Positions 43,123 to 49,322 of a stretch of DNA of 64,000 bases are shown here, piece after piece; the first letter of the stretch is position 1; every line of letters begins with the position of its first letter. The stretch spans positions 588 through 64,587 of the forward strand of contig JAEMQZ010000002.1 of the NCBI GenBank assembly GCA_016463595.1, read 5' to 3'. A program made the position numbers and the translations under genes. The stretch is from Synechococcales cyanobacterium SupBloom_Metag_052 (GTDB taxonomy: Bacteria; Cyanobacteriota; Cyanobacteriia; PCC-6307; Cyanobiaceae). The notes beneath the pieces are model-generated. The model was not told the origin of the DNA. It saw only the letters and a program-made list of their open reading frames with translations, and searched no databases.

Positions 43123-44904
43123 TCACCCCCCCTTCCTGCCCAAATCGAAAGACCATCACGACGGAGATCGTTGAGACCAAACAGTCCGATAGGTCGCCCG
43201 CGGCCGCTGACCCTGGTGCTTCTGGCAACGCTTGTGCTCGGAGCCAACCCGGCCCAGGCCTATGTGGCCTTGATGGCGGGCCAGCAGGCCCGGCCCCTTG
43301 TGGGCACGTTCAACACGGTTCCCGTGCTTCATTCGAACCAGCCCGAGGAAGTGCAAGGAGCTGGCATTTTGGTGAACACCATGGAAGGCCAGGCCTACAG
43401 CACGGAAATCAACCAATCTCTCGATAATGCTACCTACACCTTTAATGGTGAATTCGGCCTACATATTCACCATAAATACCACCGGATGGGCTCCGCCTGG
43501 AATGGGTCTTCGGGCCGCCGGCACGAGCTTACTTTGGCGGCAATTTTAGTTAACCCTAGCGACCAAACCATAACCGTTAAATTTGAACAAGGGTCAGTTC
43601 GCAATAGTTTTGAAGCTCCCTACCTACCCAATAATTTAATGGGTGTAAAGCCCCTCGGCCCCCGACCTTGGAACACGGGGCCAGGGGATGCCACGGCCGT
43701 TGCGATGTTGCGGGGCAAGCTCGACAACAACCTTCCCGATCGGATTGTGATTCCGCCCCGGAGTCGCACAGTGCTATTTCAGACCCAGCTGCCCGCCAAC
43801 GGCATTGCCAATGGGCTTCTCAGGGGACGCAGCGATGGCCCCCTCCAGGTCGCCGTGGTGGCAGTCCGCGAACCTCGTAATGATAACGATGTGTTTGCCG
43901 TGCTCGACAGCGGACAGCTAGCGCCAGGACGCACTTACCTGAGGCGGCTACGGGAAATTGAAGCCGGATATGTCTTTTCAAGAGTGGCAGGAGTGGCGAT
44001 CGGTGATACCTATCAGGCCAGCCTCAATTATGATCTTAATGATGGTCCTTTACATGTGCCCCTTACCAGCACCGTGCGTCACAATTTTGGCACTGGCGAA
44101 ATTCAGGTAAACCCACTGGCTAGCCGCATGGTTGACTCCTCAATTAACAATGTAGGCACCTATGGGGTGCGTTTCGATATCAACCTCAACCTCAAGGGCA
44201 ATGGTCCCTATGAGCTGGTATTGAGCCATCCCAGTCCCAATGGCCGGGCCTTCACGGCCTTTCGCGGCTCGATTGGTATTACCACTGACAGCGTTTATCG
44301 CGAAGTCCACGTGGGTCTGCGTTCGGGCCAAAGTCTTAGCCTCGCAGCTTTGGAGTTAAACCCAGCCCAGAACAACCCAGTGCGGATCAGCCTGGTTTAT
44401 CCCGCCGATGCCACCCCGGGACACCTGCTGAGCGTAGTGCCCAGCTCCCAGTTGGCCCGCGTTCAGGAACAGCTCAAGCTTTTAGCCATCGCCCAAAGCC
44501 GTTCCGCTCGCCCCAGTGCAAGGCCGAATCAGCTGCCCTTGCCCACCCTTGTCCCCAACCCCATCGCCACGGACAATCCAAACACCCTTGTCTTCGGCAC
44601 GATCGCCCCAGCTCCTAGTTCTAAGCCGAGACCCAAGACCCCCCTGGCCAAGGCGCCGGCGAAACCGAAGCCCCAGGTAGCCAAACTGCCTGCCAAACCC
44701 AGCGGCGTCAGCTCCCAGCCCAGGCTGGGTTCCTTGGCTTTACAAGCTTTACCGCCCTTGCCCCCAGCTCCTGGTCCGGTTGAATGGCAAGGAACAGCTC
44801 CTGTAGTGATCTCCCCGGCCCGCATGAGTCAGTCCTTAATGGACCGCTACCAGCAGGCACTGGAGAACCAGCAATTGGTGATTAAATCCCTTGGCGGCCG
44901 ATAG
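43105..44904 (+). CDS. Secreted cyanobacteria-specific protein (DUF3370-like) with a P/K-rich C-terminal region; start uncertain
   Basis: Signal peptide RPRPLTLVLLATLVLGANPAQA. Large beta-rich body. The tail includes KPRPKTPLAKAPAKPKPQVAKLPAKP. G+C is visibly lower than in neighbours (42% by my count for 43561-43620). Confidence 0.55.
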   Translation: MAPVRWSPPLPAQIERPSRRRSLRPNSPIGRPRPLTLVLLATLVLGANPAQAYVALMAGQQARPLVGTFNTVPVLHSNQPEEVQGAGILVNTMEGQAYSTEINQSLDNATYTFNGEFGLHIHHKYHRMGSAWNGSSGRRHELTLAAILVNPSDQTITVKFEQGSVRNSFEAPYLPNNLMGVKPLGPRPWNTGPGDATAVAMLRGKLDNNLPDRIVIPPRSRTVLFQTQLPANGIANGLLRGRSDGPLQVAVVAVREPRNDNDVFAVLDSGQLAPGRTYLRRLREIEAGYVFSRVAGVAIGDTYQASLNYDLNDGPLHVPLTSTVRHNFGTGEIQVNPLASRMVDSSINNVGTYGVRFDINLNLKGNGPYELVLSHPSPNGRAFTAFRGSIGITTDSVYREVHVGLRSGQSLSLAALELNPAQNNPVRISLVYPADATPGHLLSVVPSSQLARVQEQLKLLAIAQSRSARPSARPNQLPLPTLVPNPIATDNPNTLVFGTIAPAPSSKPRPKTPLAKAPAKPKPQVAKLPAKPSGVSSQPRLGSLALQALPPLPPAPGPVEWQGTAPVVISPARMSQSLMDRYQQALENQQLVIKSLGGR

Positions 44905-44927
44905 GCTGCAGCGGTCAGGACGCCCCC

Positions 44928-45959
44928 GTGGTCGAGAAAAGTGACCAGACCCGGCGGCGCATCAGCCTAGAGCTGAGTGCAGAATTGCTGGATTGGATTG
45001 ATGGATTAAAGGCCGAGTGGGGCCTGAGAAGCCGCGGCGACATCCTCGAGCGCGTCCTAGAGCAACTTGTCCATGGGAGCCCTGATGGGGAGGAAGGGGA
45101 TAGGGACCAGGAGCCGTCCGGCAGCCTCAACGAGACCAGCGCGATTGTGCTCATTAATCGCGATCTAGTCCCATTTAAAGACCAGAAACAAGACCAAGGT
45201 GAGTTGCATGAGATTGATTCGGAGCGATCCCTTCGGGCCCAGGGGGCGGGAGCCAAGGCAAAAACCGCAGGCACCAGTGGGGGCATCGACCTACCCGGCT
45301 TTGTGCGACGCCAATCGGTGCAACTCAAGCGCAGCCTGGATCCCTCCAGCCCAGGGGCAAGCCAGACCCTCCAGGGGGTGGAACTGATTGATCCCCTATC
45401 GATTGAGGAAGCCCTGGGGGCGGCCCGGGACCACTGGTTCGATCTCTATGGACAACCAGCGAGCGAGGCGGTGCTTGAGGCCGCCATGGTTTGGATGGCC
45501 CAGGAGGTCTGGCCCCAGGCGGAACAAAGTGAGGGCCGACCCTTCACCTGGTCGCTGTTGGTGCAGGTGATCCAGGGAGTTGCGCCCAGCTGGCCCCTGG
45601 GCGCGGCCAGTTTTGAACGGGTGATCGTGGCAGCCGGCATTCTCGAGGACCCTTTTAGCTCCCGGACCCTGCCCCTGCGCATTCCCACCCTGATCCGCCG
45701 TTTTGTCCAGAGGTTGCGCAAGCGACGCAAACACCAATCCTTCCAGGCGATCGACCACACGATGACGGTGCATGGCGCTTTGAAGCTGCTCAAGATGTCC
45801 ACTGCCCCCGATGTGGCCATCTCCCTGGCCCAAATCCGCGAGGCCTATCGGGACCAAGCCCAATGCCACCATCCCGACGCCGGGGGCTCCGCTGATGTGA
45901 TGCGCCGGCTCAATGAGGCCTATCAACTACTCAAGGAGCTCTACCGCGATAAACCCTGA
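44928..45959 (+). CDS. Fusion protein with an N-terminal ribbon-helix-helix (CopG/Arc-like) motif and a C-terminal J domain
   Basis: N-terminus: RRISLELSAELLDWIDGLKAEWGLRSRGDILERVLEQL. C-terminus: LAQIREAYRDQAQCHHPDAGGSADVMRRLNEAYQLLKELY, with HPD. Confidence 0.7.
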   Translation: MVEKSDQTRRRISLELSAELLDWIDGLKAEWGLRSRGDILERVLEQLVHGSPDGEEGDRDQEPSGSLNETSAIVLINRDLVPFKDQKQDQGELHEIDSERSLRAQGAGAKAKTAGTSGGIDLPGFVRRQSVQLKRSLDPSSPGASQTLQGVELIDPLSIEEALGAARDHWFDLYGQPASEAVLEAAMVWMAQEVWPQAEQSEGRPFTWSLLVQVIQGVAPSWPLGAASFERVIVAAGILEDPFSSRTLPLRIPTLIRRFVQRLRKRRKHQSFQAIDHTMTVHGALKLLKMSTAPDVAISLAQIREAYRDQAQCHHPDAGGSADVMRRLNEAYQLLKELYRDKP

Positions 45960-46497
45960 TTGATCGCTGGCGGCGACCAGAGACCGATCTCAAGCTTCTA
46001 TGCTGCGACCCATTTCCAGACTTATAACGAGACTAATACGAGAAAAGCGACTTGCTTGCAGGTCTCAGCGGAGCTTGGATTGAGAATCGCCCTAGATGGA
46101 TTTTGTCTAGATAATCTTTTCTAAGACCTAAACTAAGACTAGTAATGGGTCTTGCCTGCTAGTCGTGAGAATGTTGCTCCGGGTCCGGTTGGCGTTCCTT
46201 GAGCTGGGTCTATGGCGATGTCTTGGGTGGCAGCGGAGTGGGCTGGCTGGCCCTATTGATTTAAAACCTCTAAAACTCGCGATCTTGCTCCCATCGATAG
46301 GTACTGCTTGTGGCGCATGGTTTGAAATCGACGCTAAACGCCCTTTTAAAACAAGCCCTAGCTTCGCCGCCGTACCAGGTCCTAGGGAGGCTGGTTTGCC
46401 GCCCTATCTCTGGCAAGCCGTTGTCCAAGGGCGGCGAGGTTGCCTGTCCAATTCGTTTTTTCCCCCTACCAGCCCCTATGAATACTGGCTTCTTAAC

Positions 46498-46532
46498 GCT
46501 TGCGTACCTGTGGGATACACAGGTACGCAAGC
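46498..46532. repeat. Perfect 15-bp inverted repeat with a 5-nt spacer
   Basis: GCTTGCGTACCTGTG (46498-46512), GGATA, then CACAGGTACGCAAGC (46518-46532). The arms are exact reverse complements. Confidence 0.97.
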
Positions 46533-46655
46533 CTTGCTAACCCGGTTTTGATTCTTGCGCCCTACCCCTTCGCCGCTGGAATCGTCCGAGTCCGTACCCA
46601 AAGCCAAGGGGGGTGTTGCTGGCGGCATGGCTCCGAGCAGACCTGGGCAGCCAGA

Positions 46656-46694
46656 TCGTGGCCGTTGCCACGACTTAATTTTGAATTTTATTTG
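46656..46694 (+). terminator. Candidate intrinsic terminator on the plus strand
   Basis: 7-bp stem TCGTGGC/GCCACGA (46656-46662 and 46667-46673) with loop CGTT, followed by CTTAATTTTGAATTTTATTTG. The U-tract is interrupted, so this is only moderately convincing. Confidence 0.35.
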
Positions 46695-47329
46695 TCCCGA
46701 ATAAGACTAAGAAATAGACCCATAGCGAGTATCAGCTGAGACTCGTGGTTGCCCTTGATCCTCTCGCGGGCAGGGTTTGCCTCCAAACCACGGGCTATTT
46801 GCATTCGGCATTTGGATGCTCACCAATAAACTGTTCCCGTCGAGACGGGTCTAAGCCCATCACGCACAGACGGCTTCAGTTGATCTCACTTGTATCGTTT
46901 AAGACGCAAGTCAAGTCTTATAGCTGGACTTGTATAAGTTGCAGTAGAACTTGCCTTTCCTTCCTGGGCCTAATGGCTTGAGGGCGTGGGGCGGGGATGG
47001 GGCATTCGGCCAGGCCAGGCTTGGCGGTTGATCCCAATCCTCCATAGCTGGACCCATAAATAGTCCTAGTAAGAGACCAGGGCAAGACTTGAGGGATTAA
47101 GGGGCTCTTGGCGTTCTGGCTTGCTTCCGCGAGCGGCCAACCGGCGGCATTCCTCAGCGATCTAGCCATAGGACAACAGGGATGCATGCTGAATCCAGCC
47201 CCAAGACTCAGGCGAGACAATCAATCCCAGGCACGACCGGCCGATTTTTTTAGGGGGTACGCCTTTCTGATTCGGGGTTGTGAGCCTTGGGGGGGAATGC
47301 TGGCCTGGGCCCAAGCCATCCCCAACGAT

Positions 47330-47824
47330 TCAATTGGGGGTCTGCATGCCCTGGATTAGATAGTCGAAATAGGGGGCGGCAATGGCGGCATCATCAGCGC
47401 CCAGGAGCACCAACGAGGCCTCTTTAATGCAGCGCATCGCTTCCACCATGCCGGGCATGGGGACACCCAGGCTGTTGTACATCTCGCGGGCACCGACCAG
47501 GCCGATCTGCTGGATCATTTCGGTGCTGCCGGCCAGCACGCCGTAGGTCACCAGGCGCAGATACCAGCTGAAATCGCGCAGACATTGGGCCCGCTGCTTC
47601 TGTCCGTAGGCATTGCCGCCAGGGGCCACGTAGTCGGGTTTGCGGCTGAACAGTTGGCGGGCCGCCTCATCAACAATCTTGCGCTCGTTGTCCGTGAGGG
47701 CTCGCACTACCCGCAGACGACCGCCGCCCTGGGAGAGGAACTCGACCATGGAGCGCAGTTCGCCGCCGGTCGGGTAACGCAGCTGATCATCTGCCTGAAG
47801 GATCAGATCCCGAACGACGCTCAT
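47330..47824 (-). CDS. apcD: Allophycocyanin alpha-B subunit
   Basis: [26 protein letters not shown]...[33 protein letters not shown] closely matches ApcD rather than ApcA. The chromophore Cys sits in the RAQCLRD context. Confidence 0.88.
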   Translation of the reverse strand: MSVVRDLILQADDQLRYPTGGELRSMVEFLSQGGGRLRVVRALTDNERKIVDEAARQLFSRKPDYVAPGGNAYGQKQRAQCLRDFSWYLRLVTYGVLAGSTEMIQQIGLVGAREMYNSLGVPMPGMVEAMRCIKEASLVLLGADDAAIAAPYFDYLIQGMQTPN

Positions 47825-47913
47825 CCGATCGCACCATGCTCCCTGTAATTCTATCCAGTCTGCGGCCTGAACCCTGCCATCTGATGAGAGGTGTTACGCA
47901 CCGATAGGGTCGG

Positions 47914-49299
47914 GTGATGGTCCATCCCCCCTCCACCCCCGCGCCGATCGGTCGCATCGGCGATCGCTTTGAACTTGACATCACTGACCTGGGCCACGAC
48001 GGCCAGGGGGTGGGCCGCTGGCAAGAGCGGGTCGTGTTTGTGCCTGGAGCCCTGCCCGAGGAACGGGTCGCCGTAGTGGTCCGCCGCGTCCAACGGCGGC
48101 ACCTCGAAGCCGAACTTCAGGCCGTGGTGGTGGCCTCGCCCCTGCGACGCCGTCCCCCCTGCATCCTGGCTGAGCGTTGTGGCGGCTGCAGCCTGCAGCA
48201 CTGGCAGGACGATCCCCAGGCCCTTTGGAAGGAACAACTGGTGGTCCAGGCCCTGCGCCGGATCGGTGGCCTCGACTGCGCCGTGGATCCCCTAATACCG
48301 CCGGCGACCACCCTGGGCTACCGCAACCGGGCCACGATCCCCTTGGAACGCCGGGAGGGGGATGGCCAGCTGCGAGCCGGCTATTACCGCCGCGGCAGCC
48401 ACCGCATCGTCAACCTCAACCGCTGCCCGGTCCTTGATCCCCGCATCGATGCCCTGATCGCGCCGCTCAAGGCCGATCTAGAGGCCAGTGACTGGCCGGT
48501 TGATGTCCATCTCGAGCAGGAGGGCGGCCTGCGCCATCTGGCCCTGCGGGTCGGTCATCACAGTGGCGAGATTTTGATCACCCTGATCAGCAGCCATGAC
48601 GAGCTGGATGGTCTCGAAGACATTGCCGCCCACTGGTTGGAGCGTTGGCCCCAGGTGGTGGGGGTCTGCCTCAACCTCCAGCCCCTAGCCACCAACACCC
48701 TGATGGGGCCGGAAACCAGGGTGCTGGCAGGACGGGGATTTGTGCGCGAACGCTTTGCAGGGATTGCCCTCACCATTGCCCCCGATACCTTCTTCCAGGT
48801 CAACACGGTCCAAGCCGAACGGCTTGTGCCCTTGCTGCTGGAGGCCTTCGGGCCCCTGGAGGGCCAAGAGTTAATCGACGCCTACTGCGGCATCGGCACC
48901 TTCAGCCTGCCCCTGGCCGCTGCCGGGGCCCGGGTGTTGGGTTTGGAGAGCCACCTGGGCTCGGTTGAGCAGGCCAGGGCTAACGCCATCGCCAATGGCT
49001 TGAATCGGGCCAGCTTCGAGCAGGCCGAAGTGGGAGCCAACTTGGTAGAGCGCCTCGGTGCCATCGATGGACTCCTGCTCGATCCCCCCCGCAAGGGCTT
49101 GACCGCCCTCCTCTGTGCAGCGATTGCGGCGGAGCCGCCAGCCACCGTGGCCTACCTGAGCTGCAACCCGGCCACCTTGGCCCGGGATCTAGCCCTATTG
49201 ACCGGCGAAGGCCGGCTGGCAGTCCAGCGGGTGCAACCGATCGATTTCTTCCCCCAAACCAGCCATGTTGAGTGCCTGGCCGTGTTGAAACGGATCTGA
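47914..49299 (+). CDS. rlmD: 23S rRNA (uracil-5-)-methyltransferase, RumA/RlmD family
   Basis: TRAM domain. Fe-S Cys motif CGGCSLQH. SAM motif DAYCGIGTFSLPLA. Also LDPPRKG and YLSCNPATLARD. Confidence 0.8.
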   Translation: MMVHPPSTPAPIGRIGDRFELDITDLGHDGQGVGRWQERVVFVPGALPEERVAVVVRRVQRRHLEAELQAVVVASPLRRRPPCILAERCGGCSLQHWQDDPQALWKEQLVVQALRRIGGLDCAVDPLIPPATTLGYRNRATIPLERREGDGQLRAGYYRRGSHRIVNLNRCPVLDPRIDALIAPLKADLEASDWPVDVHLEQEGGLRHLALRVGHHSGEILITLISSHDELDGLEDIAAHWLERWPQVVGVCLNLQPLATNTLMGPETRVLAGRGFVRERFAGIALTIAPDTFFQVNTVQAERLVPLLLEAFGPLEGQELIDAYCGIGTFSLPLAAAGARVLGLESHLGSVEQARANAIANGLNRASFEQAEVGANLVERLGAIDGLLLDPPRKGLTALLCAAIAAEPPATVAYLSCNPATLARDLALLTGEGRLAVQRVQPIDFFPQTSHVECLAVLKRI

Positions 49300-49322
49300 T
49301 ACGGCCGAATCAGGCCTGATGT

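Larger units (their letters stand above)
45960..47329. other. ORF-poor, low-GC, hairpin-rich intergenic island; candidate non-coding RNA locus or degenerate insertion
   Basis: No recognisable protein in any frame. By my count individual 60-nt lines are 35-47% G+C, against GC-rich flanks. It has eight CTAG sites, and its T-runs are only on the plus strand. See findings. Confidence 0.6.

Noticed and set aside
46498-46532. The 15-bp palindrome as group II intron domain V, or as a Rho-independent terminator.
   Set aside because: Domain V needs a 2-nt bulge, an AGC triad context and a GNRA tetraloop. This stem is perfect with a GGATA loop, and no GUGYG 5' end or RT ORF is nearby. No U-tract follows it on either strand.
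47245-47251. The T7 run (GATTTTTTTAG) as a plus-strand terminator tail.
   Set aside because: I could not find a stable stem immediately upstream. CGGCCG is only a 6-nt self-complementary word with no loop.
45960-47329. Known housekeeping RNAs (RNase P RNA, tmRNA, 6S, SRP RNA, tRNA) or a Yfr1/Yfr2-type sRNA in the island.
   Set aside because: I could not find their hallmark strings: GAGGAAAGTCC, a tRNA-like GGTTCGA(A/T)TCC T-arm, a tag reading frame, GGAAGGAAGCAGC, ACTCCTCACAC or GGAAACA loops. This is a by-eye check only, so a covariance-model scan is still needed.
43105-47329. Calling 43.1-47.3 kb a horizontally acquired genomic island on composition alone.
   Set aside because: Comparable low-GC patches occur inside core genes of this window (cemA around 61261-61320 is about 47% by my count, and parts of metH). 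There are no flanking tRNA, integrase or direct repeats, so composition alone is insufficient.
46165-47359. ORFs of 60 aa or more inside the intergenic island (46165..46551, 46270..46530, 46310..46540, 46500..46739, 46745..46981, 46918..47220, 47108..47359), plus a 52-aa TTG-started sub-ORF at 46396 preceded by AGGGAGG.
   Set aside because: They overlap one another, none resembles a known protein, and third-position G/C of the one I checked by hand is about 54% rather than the strong bias of real genes here. The AGGGAGG sequence is also part of a hairpin arm.
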